Shown piece by piece: positions 20,351 through 34,300 of a stretch of DNA of 64,000 bases. Location: NCBI GenBank assembly GCA_964016885.1, contig OZ024741.1, positions 413,354,001-413,418,000 of the forward strand, given 5' to 3'. Made by a program: the position numbers and the translations under genes. Numbering within the stretch: position 1 is the stretch's first letter; every line of letters begins with the position of its first letter. This stretch comes from Eledone cirrhosa (lineage: Eukaryota). Under the pieces are notes generated by a model that had not been told where the DNA came from, did not search any database, and saw nothing but the letters and a program-made list of their open reading frames with translations.

Positions 20351-20552
20351 ATCTACCCATCTGTCTGTCTGTCTGTCTGTCTGCCCATCTGTCTGTCTGT
20401 CTATCTATCTGCCAGTCTGTCTGTCTGTCTGTCTGCCTTTTGTCTGTCTCTTTGTCTGTCTCTCTATCTCTCTCTCTATCTATCTATCTATCTGTGGTGG
20501 TGGTGGTCATGATGATGATGATGATAAAGAAGACAATGATGATGATGATGAC
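20315..20552. repeat. (CTGT)n, (CTAT)n and (GAT)n microsatellites
   Basis: Direct reading. Confidence 0.9.
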
Positions 20553-20721
20553 TATTCACTCAGTTAAATATATTTGCTATTGACCTAGCAAGCCATGCAA
20601 CCACGACAACCAAAATGTATTGTTTTAAACAATTCTAAATTTCCACTGAATTCCAGCTGAAAGTCTGAGTCTCTCATCATTCCTTAGACGTCTTTGGTAG
20701 TGTTCGGTGGAGCTGGTTTGA

Positions 20722-21497
20722 TGCACACACACACACACATGCACACGTACACACACACACACACACATACACATACACACACATACACACACACAGGCAC
20801 ACATGCACAGACACACATACACAGACACACATACACACTAATACATACACACACAGAGACATGCACAGACACACATACACACACACAGACATGCACAGAC
20901 ACACATACACACATACATGTACAGACACACATACACACACACATACACACATACACACACACAGACACACAGACATGCACAGATACACATACACACATAC
21001 ACACACAGACACAGACACACATACATACACCTACACAGACACACATATACACACACATGCACAGACACACATACATACACATACACAGACACACATACAC
21101 ACACTGAGACACATACACACACACACACATATACACACACACATACACAGACACACATACACACACATGCACAGACACACATATACACACACACATGCAC
21201 ATACACACATATACACACACACATGCACAGACACACATATACACACACACATGTACATACACACATACATAGACACACATATACACACACATGCACATAC
21301 ACACATACATAGACACACATATACACACACATGCACATACACACATACACACACATACACATACATGCATATACAGACACACATATACACACACACATAC
21401 ACATGCACAGACACACATATACACACACACATACATATACACACACACACGTGTGCACATACACACACATACACATACACACACATACACATATATA
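20722..21497. repeat. Long degenerate (CA)n microsatellite
   Basis: acacacatac and acacatgcacagac motifs; this is the source of the HTHT and CVCV ORFs. Confidence 0.95.
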
Positions 21498-21514
21498 TGG
21501 CGCACTGAATACAC

Positions 21515-21866
21515 GGTCGTGGAGGTGCCACAGCAAAAAAGCACCCAGCCCACACTGTAAAGTGGACGTGTAGGCACCACGGAAAAAAAGCACCCAGCCC
21601 ACACTGTAAAGTGGACGTGTAGGCACCACGGAAAAAAGCACCCAGCCCACACTGTAAAGTGGACGTGTAGGCACCAAGGAAAAAAGCACCCAGCACTCAC
21701 TGTAAATGAGGTCGGTGTTAGGAAGGACATCCAGCTGTAGAAATCAAGCCAGAATCAGTTGCCGTATGAGCAATACATGGTCAGCCGAGTGGACACTGCC
21801 CACAACAGGACAACCCATCTAACCCATGCTAGCGTGGAAGAACGGACGTAAAACGTTGATGATGAT
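21515..21866 (+). mobile_element. RTE family A 3'UTR fragment with an internal ~48-49 bp tandem repeat
   Basis: It matches the reverse complement of 4553-4820. It carries 3-4 copies of gcacccagcccacactgtaaagtggacgtgtaggcaccacggaaaaaa and ends cggacgtaaaacgttgatgatgat. Confidence 0.88.
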
Positions 21867-22316
21867 ATATATATACACACATACATACATATTCACACAT
21901 GCATGCATACACACACACATACACATACACATACGTGTATATATATATATATGCAGAGGTTATATTTAATTTGTTGGGATTCAACAAGCTTAAAAATTTT
22001 TATAACTGATATAAAGCATTCAACAGTTTGGTGGTGTAAATATACAATATATTAACAAATGGAAACTATATTTATAAAACCATATTTAATTTATTATACA
22101 TATTTCAAGGACCACCAAGCCAAATTATGGTGCACATTCATCAGATAAAATATAATACAGATTTGTTTTATGACGGCTAGATCATGATTTCAAGAATCAC
22201 TTTCTTCATTGATGGCAGTAAAATGACTAACATTAGCTACAACTGACATTCCTCTCTACATCACTTGTTGTCTCATACATCGCACAATTGTGCTTTAGAG
22301 GATGTTGTCTCTGTAA

Positions 22317-25300
22317 TACAACTTTACTCTAGGGTCCTTCCTCCAATAAATGAAGGCCCCCTACACTGGACCTATCCCACACAACCTTACTCTAGGGTCC
22401 CTCCTCCAATAAATGAAGGCCCCCTACACTGGACATATCCCACACAACCTTACTCTAGGGTCCTTCCTCCAATAAATGAAGACCCCCTACACTGCACCTA
22501 TCCCACACAACCTTACACTAGGGACCTTCCTCCAACAAGTGAAGGCCCCCCTACACTGGACCTATCCCACACAACCTTACTCTAGGGTCCCTACTCCAAT
22601 AAGTGAAGGCCCCCCCCCCTACACTGGACCTATCCCACACAACCTTACTCTAGGGTCCCTCCTACAATAAATGAAGGCCCCCCTACACTGGACCTATCCC
22701 ACACAACCTTACTCTAGGGTCCTTCCTCCAATAAATGAAGGTCCCCTACACTGGACCCATCCCACACAACCTTACTCTAGGGTCCTTCCTCCAATAAATG
22801 ACTGCCCCCTGCACTGGACCTATCCCACACAACCTTACTCGATGGCATTTCCTCCAATAAATGAAGACCCCCTACACTGGACCTATCCCACACAACCTTA
22901 CTCTAGGGTCCTTCCTCCAATAAATGAAGGCCCCCTACACTGGACATATCCCACACAACCTTACTCTAGGGTCCTTCCTCCAATAAATGAAGACCCCCTA
23001 CACTGGACATATCCCACACAACCTTACTCTAGGGTCCTTCCTCCAATAAATGAAGGCCCCCTACACTGGACCTATCCCACACAACCTTACTCTAGGGTCC
23101 CTCCTCCAATAAATGAAGGCCCCCTACACTGGACATATCCCACACAACCTTACTCTAGGGTCCTTCCTCCAATAAATGAAGACCCCCTACACTGGACCTA
23201 TCCCACACAACCTTACTCTAGGGTCCTTCCTCCAATAAATGAAGACCCCCTACACTGGACCTATCCCACACAACCTTACTCCAGGGTCCTTCCTCCAATA
23301 AATGACTGCCCCCTACACTGGACCTATCCCACACAACCTTACTCTATGGCATTTCCTCCAATAAATGAAGACCCCCTACACTGGACCTATCCCACACAAC
23401 CTTACTCTAGGGTCCTTCCTCCAATAAATGAAGACCTCCTACACTGGACCTATCCCACACAACGTTACTCTGGGGTCCTTCCTCCAATAAATGAAGGCCC
23501 CACTACACTGGACCTATCCCACACAACCTTACTCTAGGGTCCTTCCTCCAATAAATGAAGACCCCCTACACTGGACCTATCCCACACAACCTTACTCTAG
23601 GGTCCTCCTCCAATAAATGAAGGCGTCCTTCCTCCAATAAATGAAGGCCCCCTACACTGGACCTATCCCACACAACCTTACTCTAGGGTCCTTCCTCCAA
23701 TAAATGAAGGCCACCTACACTGGACCTATCCCACACAACCTTACTCTAGGGTCCTTCCTCCAATAAATGACTGCCCCCTGCACTGGACCTATCCCACACA
23801 ACCTTACTCGATGGCATTTCCTCCAATAAATGAAGACCTCCTACACTGGACCTATCCCACACAACCTTACTCCAGGGTCCTTCCTCCAATAAATGACTGC
23901 CCCCTACACTGGACCTATCCCACACAACCTTACTCTATGGCATTTCCTCCAATAAATGAAGAACCCCTACACTGGACCTATCCCACACAACCTTGCTCTA
24001 GGGTCCTTCCTCCAATAAATGAAGACCTCCTACACTGGACCTATCCCACAGAACCTTACTCTAGGGTCCTTCCTCCAATAAATGAAGACCCCCTACACTG
24101 GACCTATCCCACACGACCTTACTCTAGGGTCCTTCCTCCAATAAATGAAGACCTCCTACACTGGACCTATCCCACACAACCTTACTCTAGGGTCCTTCCT
24201 CCAATAAATGAAGGCCCCCTACACTGGACCTATCCCACACAACCTTACTCTAGGGTCCCTCCTCCAATAAATGAAGACCCCCTACACTGGACCTATCCCA
24301 CACAACCTTACTCTAGGGTCCTTCCTCCAATAAATGAAGACCCCCTACACTGGACCTATCCCACACAACCTTACTCTAGGGTCCTTCCTCCAATAAATGA
24401 AGGCCCCCTACACTGGACCTATCCCACACAACCTTACTCTAGGGTCCCTCCTCCAATAAATGAAGACGTCCTTCCTCCAATAAATGAAGGCCCCCTACAC
24501 TGGACCTATCCCACACAACCTTACTCTAGGGTCCTTCCTCCAATAAATGAAGGCCCCCTACACTGGACCTATCCCACACAACCTTACTCTAGGGTCCTTC
24601 CTCCAATAAATGAAGGCCCCCTACACTGGACCTATCCCACACAACCTTACTCTAGGGTCCTCCTCCAATAAATGAAGGCGTCCTTCCTCCAATAAATGAA
24701 GGCGTCCTTCCTCCAATAAATGAAGGCCCCCTACACTGGACCTATCCCACACAACCTTACTCTAGGGTCCTTCCTCCAATAAATGAAGGCCCCCTACACT
24801 GGACCTATCCCACACAACCTTACTCTAGGGTCCTTCCTCCAATAAATGAAGGTCCCCTACACTGGACCTATCCCACACAACCTTACTCCAGGGTCCTTCC
24901 TCCAATAAATGACTGCCCCCTACACTGGACCTATCCCACACAACCTTACTCTATGGCATTTCCTCCAATAAATGAAGACCCCCTACACTGGACCTATCCC
25001 ACACAACCTTACTCTAGGGTCCTTCCTCCAATAAATGAAGGTCCCCTACACTGGACCTATCCCACACAACCTTACTCTAGGGTCCTTCCTCCAATAAATG
25101 ACTGCACCCTACACTGGACCTATCCCACACAACCTTACTCTATGGCATTTCCTCCAATAAATGAAGACCCCCTACACTGGACCTATCCCACACAACGTTA
25201 CTCTAGGGTCCTTCCTCCAATAAATGAAGGCCCCACTACACTGGACCTATCCCACACAACCTTACTCTAGGGTCCTTCCTCCAATAAATGAAGGCCCCCT

Positions 25301-28300
25301 ACACTGGACCTATCCCACACAACCTTACTCTAGGGTCCTTCCTCCAGTAAATGAAGGCCCCCCTACACTGGACCTATCCCACACAACCTTACTCTAGGGT
25401 CCTTCCTCCAATAAATGAAGGCCCCCTACACAGGACCTATCCCACACAACTTTACTCTAGCGTCCTTCCTCCAATAAATGAAGGCCCCCTACACTGGACC
25501 TATCCCACACAACCTTACTCTATGGTCCTTCCTCCAATAAATGAAGGCCCCCTACATTGGACCTATCCCACACAACCTTACTCTAGGGTCCTTCCTCCTA
25601 AATGAAGACCCCCTACACTGGACCTATCCCACACAACTTTACTCTAGCACCCTTCCTCCAATAAATGAAGGCCCCCTACACTGGACCTATCCCACACAAC
25701 CTTACTCTAGGGTCCTTCCTTCCTCCAATAAATGAAGGCCCCCTACACTGGACCTATCCCACACAACCTTACTCTAGGGTCCTTCCTCCAATAAATGAAG
25801 GCCCCCTACACTGGACCTATCCCACACAACCTTACTCTAGGGTCCTCCTCCAATAAATGAAGGCGTCCTTCCTCCAATAAATGAAGGCGTCCTTCCTCCA
25901 ATAAATGAAGGCCCCCTACACTGGACCTATCCCACACAACCTTACTATAGGGTCCTTCCTCCAATAAATTAAGGCCCCCTACACTGGACCTATCCCACAC
26001 AACCTTACTCTAGGGTCCTTCCTCCAATAAATGAAGGTCCCCTACACTGGACCTATCCCACACAACCTTACTCCAGGGTCCTTCCTCCAATAAATGACTG
26101 CCCCCTACACTGGACCTATCCCACACAACCTTACTCTATGGCATTTCCTCCAATAAATGAAGACCCCCTACACTGGACCTATCCCACACAACGTTACTCT
26201 AGGGTCCTTCCTCCAATAAATGAAGGCCCCACTACACTGGACCTATCCCACACAACCTTACTCTAGGGTCCTTCCTCCAATAAATGAAGGCCCCCTACAC
26301 TGGACCTATCCCACACAACCTTACTCTAGGGTCCTTCCTCCAGTAAATGAAGGCCCCCCTACACTGGACCTATCCCACACAACCTTACTCTAGGGTCCTT
26401 CCTCCAATAAATGAAGGCCCCCTACACAGGACCTATCCCACACAACTTTACTCTAGCGTCCTTCCTCCAATAAATGAAGGCCCCCTACACTGGACCTATC
26501 CCACACAACCTTACTCTAGGGTCCTTCCTCCAATAAATGAAGGCCCCCTACATTGGACCTATCCCACACAACCTTACTCTAGGGTCCTTCCTCCTAAATG
26601 AAGACCCCGTACACTGGACCTATCCCACACAACTTTACTCTAGCACCCTTCCTCCAATAAATGAAGGCCCCCTACACTGGACCTATCCCACACAACCTTA
26701 CTCTAGGGTCCTTCCTTCCTCCAATAAATGAAGGCCCCCTACACAGGACCTATCCCACACAACCTTACTCTAGGGTCCTTCCTCCAATAAATGACTGCCC
26801 CCTGCACTGGACCTATCCCACACAACCTTACTCGATGGCATTTCCTCCAATAAATGAAGACCCCCTACACTGGACCTATCCCACACAACCTTACTCCAGG
26901 GTCCTTCCTCCAATAAATGACTGCCCCCTACACTGGACCTATCCCACACAACCTTACTCTATGGCATTTCCTCCAATAAATGAAGACCCCCTACACTGGA
27001 CCTATCCCACACAACCTTACTCTAGGGTCCTTCCTCCAATAAATGAAGGTCCCCTACACTGGACCTATCCCACACAACCTTACTCTAGGGTCCTTCCTCC
27101 AATAAATGACTGCCCCCTACACTGGACCTATCCCACACAACCTTACTCTATGGCATTTCCTCCAATAAATGAAGGCCCCACTACACTGGACCTATCCCAC
27201 ACAACCTTACTCTAGGGTCCTTCCTCCAATAAATGAAGGCCCCCTACACTGGACCTATCCCACACAACCTTACTCTAGGGTCCTTCCTCCAGTAAATGAA
27301 GGCCCCCCTACACTGGACCTATCCCACACAACCTTACTCTAGGGTCCTTCCTCCAATAAATGAAGGCCCCCTACACAGGACCTATCCCACACAACTTTAC
27401 TCTAGCGTCCTTCCTCCAATAAATGAAGGCCCCCTACACTGGACCTATCCCACACAACCTTACTCTATGGTCCTTCCTCCAATAAATGAAGGCCCCCTAC
27501 ATTGGACCTATCCCACACAACCTTACTCTAGGGTCCTTCCTCCTAAATGAAGACCCCCTACACTGGACCTATCCCACACAACTTTACTCTAGCACCCTTC
27601 CTCCAATAAATGAAGGCCCCCTACACAGGACCTATCCCACACAACCTTACTCTAGGGTCCTTTCTCCAATAAATGACTGCCCCCTGCACTGGACCTATCC
27701 CACACAACCTTACTCGATGGCATTTCCTCTAATAAATGAAGACCCCCTACACTGGACCTATCCCACACAACCTTACTCCAGGGTCCTTCCTCCAATAAAT
27801 GACTGCCCCCTACACTGGACATATCCCACACAACCTTACTCTATGGCATTTCCTCCAATAAATGAAGAGCCCCTACACTGGACCTATCCCACACAACCTT
27901 GCTCTAGGGTCCTTCCTCCAATAAATGAAGACCTCCTACACTGGACCTATCCCACACAACCTTACTCTAGGGTCCTTCCTCCAATAAATGAAGACCCCCT
28001 ACACTGGACCTATCCCACACGACCTTACTCTAGGGTCCTTCCTCCAATAAATGAAGACCTCCTACACTGGACCTATCCCACACAACCTTACTCTAGGGTC
28101 CTTCCTCCAATAAATGAAGGCCCCCTACACTGGACCTATCCCACACAACCTTACTCTAGGGTCCCTCCTCCAATAAATGAAGACCCCCTACACTGGACCT
28201 ATCCCACACAACCTTACTCTAGGGTCCTTCCTCCAATAAATGAAGACCCCCTACACTGGACCTATCCCACACAACCTTACTCTAGGGTCCTTCCTCCAAT

Positions 28301-31300
28301 AAATGAAGGCCCCCTACACTGGACCTATCCCACACAACCTTACTCTAGGGTCCCTCCTCCAATAAATGAAGACGTCCTTCCTCCAATAAATGAAGGCCCC
28401 CTACACTGGACCTATCCCACACAACCTTACTCTAGGGTCCTTCCTCCAATAAATGAAGGCCCCCTACACTGGACCTATCCCACACAACCTTACTCTAGGG
28501 TCCTTCCTCCAATAAATGAAGGCCCCCTACAATGGACCTATCCCACACAACCTTACTCTAGGGTCCTCCTCCAATAAATGAAGGCGTCCTTCCTCCAATA
28601 AATGAAGGCGTCCTTCCTCCAATAAATGAAGGCGTCCTTCCTCCAATAAATGAAGGCCCCCTACACTGGACCTATCCCACACAACCTTACTCTAGGGTCC
28701 TTCCTCCAATAAATGAAGGTCCCCTACACTGGACCTATCCCACTCAACCTTACTCCAGGGTCCTTCCTCCAATAAATGACTGCCCCCTACACTGGACCTA
28801 TCCCACACAACCTTACTCTATGGCATTTCCTCCAATAAATGAAGACCCCCTACACTGGACCTATCCCACACAACCTTACTCTAGGGTCCTTCCTCCAATA
28901 AATGAAGGTCCCCTACACTGGACCTATCCCACACAACCTTACTCTAGGGTCCTTCCTCCAATAAATGACTGCCCCCTACACTGGACCTATCCCACACAAC
29001 CTTACTCTATGGCATTTCCTCCAATAAATGAAGACACCCTACACTGGACCTATCCCACACAACGTTACTCTAGGGTCCTTCCTCCAATAAATGAAGGCCC
29101 CACTACACTGGACCTATCCCACACAACCTTACTCTAGGGTCCTTCCTCCAATAAATGAAGGCCCCCTACACTGGACCTATCCCACACAACCTTACTCTAG
29201 GGTCCTTCCTCCAGTAAATGAAGGCCCCCCCTACACTGGACCTATCCCACACAACCTTACTCTAGGGTCCTTCCTCCAATAAATGAAGGCCCCCTACACA
29301 GGACCTATCCCACACAACTTTACTCTAGCGTCCTTCCTCCAATAAATGAAGGCGCCTACACTGGACCTATCCCACACAACCTTACCCTATGGTCCTTCCT
29401 CCAATAAATGAAGGCCCCCTACATTGGACCTATCCCACACAACCTTACTCTAGGGTCCTTCCTCCTAAATGAAGACCCCCTACACTGGACCTATCCCACA
29501 CAACTTTACTCTAGCACCCTTCCTCCAATAAATGAAGGCCCCCTACACTGGACCTATCCCACACAACCTTACTCTAGGGTCCTTCCTTCCTCCAATAAAT
29601 GAAGGCCCCCTACACTGGACCTATCCCACACAACCTTACTCTAGGGTCCTTCCTCCAATAAATGAAGGCCCCCTACACTGGACCTATCCCACACAACCTT
29701 CCTCTAGGGTCCCTCCTCCAATAAATGAAGGCCCCCATACACTGGACCTATCCCACACAACTTTACTCTAGGGTCCTTCCTCCAATAAATGAAGGCCCCC
29801 CCCTACACTGGACCTATCCCACACAACCTTACTCTAGGGTCCTTCCTCCAATAAATGAAGGCCCCCTACACTGGACCTATCCCACACAACCGTACTCTAG
29901 GGTCCTTCCTCCAATAAATGAAGGCCCCCTACACTGGACCTATCCCACACAACCTTACTCTAGGGTCGTTCCTCCAATAAATGAAGGCCCCCTACACTGG
30001 ACCTATCCCACACAACCTTACTCAGGGTCCCTCCTCCTAAATGAAGGCCCCCTACACTGGACCTATCCCACACAACTTTACTCTAGGGTCCTTCCTCCAA
30101 TAAATGAAGGCCCCCTACACTGGACTTATCCCACACAACCTTACTCTAGGGTCCTTCCTCCAATAAATGAAGGCCCCCTACACTGGACCTATCCCACACA
30201 ACCTTACTCTAGGGTCCCTCCTCCAATAAATGAAGGCCCCCTACACTGGACCTATCCCACACAACCTTACTCTAGGGTCCTTCCTCCAATAAATGAAGGC
30301 CCCCTACACTGGACCTATCCCACACAACCTTACTCTAGGGTCCTTCCTCCAATAAATGAAGGCCCCCTACACTGGACCTATCCCACACAACCTTACTCTA
30401 TGGTCCCTCCTCCTAAATGAAGGCCCCCTACACTGGACCTATCCCACACAACCTTACTCTAGGGTCCTTCCTCCAATAAATGAAGGCTCCCTACACTGGA
30501 CCTATCCCACACAACTTTACTCTAGGGTCCTTCCTCCAATAAATGAAGGCCCCCTACACTGGACTTATCCCACATAACCTTACTCTAGGGTCCCTCCTCC
30601 AATAAATGAAGGCCCCTCCCTACACTGGACCTATCCCACACAACCTTACTCTAGGATCCTTCCTCCAATAAATGAAGGCCCCCTACACTGGACATATCCC
30701 ACACAACCTTACTCTAGGGTCCTTCCTCCAATAAATGAAGACCCCCTACACTGCACCTATCCCACACAACCTTACACTAGGGACCTTCCTCCAACAAGTG
30801 AAGGCCCCCCTACACTGGACCTATCCCACACAACCTTACTCTAGGGTCCCTACTCCAATAAGTGAAGGCCCCCCCTACACTGGACCTATCCCACACAACC
30901 TTACTCTAGGGTCCCTCCTACAATAAATGAAGGCCCCCCTACACTGGACCTATCCCACACAACCTTACTCTAGGGTCCTTCCTCCAATAAATGAAGGTCC
31001 CCTACACTGGACCTATCCCACACAACCTTACTCTAGGGTCCTTCCTCCAATAAATGACTGCCCCCTACACTGGACCTATCCCACACAACCTTACTCTATG
31101 GCATTTCCTCCAATAAATGAAGACACCCTACACTGGACCTATCCCACACAACGTTACTCTAGGGTCCTTCCTCCAATAAATGAAGGCCCCACTACACTGG
31201 ACCTATCCCACACAACCTTACTCTAGGGTCCTTCCTCCAATAAATGAAGGCCCCCTACACTGGACCTATCCCACACAACCTTACTCTAGGGTCCTTCCTC

Positions 31301-34300
31301 CAGTAAATGAAGGCCCCCCCTACACTGGACCTATCCCACACAACCTTACTCTAGGGTCCTTCCTCCAATAAATGAAGGCCCCCTACACAGGACCTATCCC
31401 ACACAACTTTACTCTAGCGTCCTTCCTCCAATAAATGAAGGCGCCTACACTGGACCTATCCCACACAACCTTACCCTATGGTCCTTCCTCCAATAAATGA
31501 AGGCCCCCTACATTGGACCTATCCCACACAACCTTACTCTAGGGTCCTTCCTCCTAAATGAAGACCCCCTACACTGGACCTATCCCACACAACTTTACTC
31601 TAGCACCCTTCCTCCAATAAATGAAGGCCCCCTACACTGGACCTATCCCACACAACCTTACTCTAGGGTCCTTCCTTCCTCCAATAAATGAAGGCCCCCT
31701 ACACTGGACCTATCCCACACAACCTTACTCTAGGGTCCTTCCTCCAATAAATGAAGGCCCCCTACACTGGACCTATCCCACACAACCTTCCTCTAGGGTC
31801 CCTCCTCCAATAAATGAAGGCCCCCATACACTGGACCTATCCCACACAACTTTACTCTAGGGTCCTTCCTCCAATAAATGAAGGCCCCCCCCTACACTGG
31901 ACCTATCCCACACAACCTTACTCTAGGGTCCTTCCTCCAATAAATGAAGGCCCCCTACACTGGACCTATCCCACACAACCTTACTCTAGGGTCCTTCCTC
32001 CAATAAATGAAGGCCCCCTACACTGGACCTATCCCACACAACCTTACTCTAGGGTCGTTCCTCCAATAAATGAAGGCCCCCTACACTGGACCTATCCCAC
32101 ACAACCTTACTCAGGGTCCCTCCTCCTAAATGAAGGCCCCCTACACTGGACCTATCCCACACAACTTTACTCTAGGGTCCTTCCTCCAATAAATGAAGGC
32201 CCCCTACACTGGACTTATCCCACACAACCTTACTCTAGGGTCCTTCCTCCAATAAATGAAGGCCCCCTACACTGGACCTATCCCACACAACCTTACTCTA
32301 GGGTCCCTCCTCCAATAAATGAAGGCCCCCTACACTGGACCTATCCCACACAACCTTACTCTAGGGTCCTTCCTCCAATAAATGAAGGCCCCCTACACTG
32401 GACCTATCCCACACAACCTTACTCTAGGGTCCTTCCTCCAATAAATGAAGGCTCCCTACACTGGACCTATCCCACACAACTTTACTCTAGGGTCCTTCCT
32501 CCAATAAATGAAGGCCCCCTACACTGGACTTATCCCACATAACCTTACTCTAGGGTCCCTCCTCCAATAAATGAAGGCCCCTCCCTACACTGGACCTATC
32601 CCACACAACCTTACTCTAGGATCCTTCCTCCAATAAATGAAGGCCCCCTACACTGGACATATCCCACACAACCTTACTCTAGGGTCCTTCCTCCAATAAA
32701 TGAAGACCCCCTACACTGCACCTATCCCACACAACCTTACACTAGGGACCTTCCTCCAACAAGTGAAGGCCCCCCTACACTGGACCTATCCCACACAACC
32801 TTACTCTAGGGTCCCTACTCCAATAAGTGAAGGCCCCCCCTACACTGGACCTATCCCACACAACCTTACTCTAGGGTCCCTCCTACAATAAATGAAGGCC
32901 CCCCTACACTGGACCTATCCCACACAACCTTACTCTAGGGTCCTTCCTCCAATAAATGAAGGTCCCCTACACTGGACCTATCCCACACAACCTTACTCTA
33001 GGGTCCTTCCTCCAATAAATGACTGCCCCCTGCACTGGACCTATCCCACACAACCTTACTCGATGGCATTTCCTCCAATAAATGAAGACCCCCTACACTG
33101 GACCTATCCCACACAACCTTACTCTAGGGTCCTTCCTCCAATAAATGAAGGCCCCCTACACTGGACATATCCCACACAACCTTACTCTAGGGTCCTTCCT
33201 CCAATAAATGAAGACCCCCTACACTGGACATATCCCACACAACCTTACTCTAGGGTCCTTCCTCCAATAAATGAAGACCCCCTACACTGCACCTATCCCA
33301 CACAACCTTACTCTAGGGTCCCTACTCCAATAATTGAAGGCCCCCCCCTACACTGGACCTATCCCACACAACCTTACTCTAGGGTCCCTCCTACAATAAA
33401 TGAAGGCCCCCCTACACTGGACCTATCCCACACAACCTTACTCTAGGGTCCCTCCTCCAATAAATGAAGGCCCCCTACACTGGACCTATCCCACACAACC
33501 TTACTCTAGGGTCCCTCCTCCAATAAATGAAGGCCCCCTACACTGGACATATCCCACACAACCTTACTCTAGGGTCCTTCCTCCAATAAATGAAGACCCC
33601 CTACACTGGACCTATCCCACACAACCTTACTCTAGGGTCCTTCCTCCAATAAATGAAGACCCCCTACACTGCACCTATCCCACACAACCTTACTCTAGGG
33701 ACCTTCCTCCAACAAGTGAAGGCCCCCCTACACTGGACCTATCCCACACAACCTTACTCTAGGGTCCCTACTCCAATAATTGAAGGCCCCCCCCCTACAC
33801 TGGACCTATCCCACACAACCTTACTCTAGGGTCCCTCCTACAATAAATGAAGGCCCCCCTACACTGGACCTATCCCACACAACCTTACTCTAGGGTCCTT
33901 CCTCCAATAAATGACTGCCCCCTGCAGTGGACCTATCCCACACAACCTTACTCGATGGCATTTCCTCCAATAAATGAAGACCCCCTACACTGGACATATC
34001 CCACACAACCTTACTCTAGGGTCCTTCCTCCAATAAATGAAGGTCCCCTACACTGGACCTATCCCACACAACCTTACTCCAGGGTCCTTCCTCCAATAAA
34101 TGACTGCCCCCTACACTGGACCTATCCCACACAACCTTACTCTATGGCATTTCCTCCAATAAATGAAGACCCCCTACACTGGACCTATCCCACACAACCT
34201 TACTCTAGGGTCCTTCCTCCAATAAATGAAGACCTCCTACACTGGACCTATCCCACACAACGTTACTCTAGGGTCCTTCCTCCAATAAATGAAGGCCCCA

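Noticed and set aside
20301-21730. CVCV- and HTHT-type ORFs of up to 348 aa
   Set aside because: They are (CA)n and (CTGT)n microsatellite translations.
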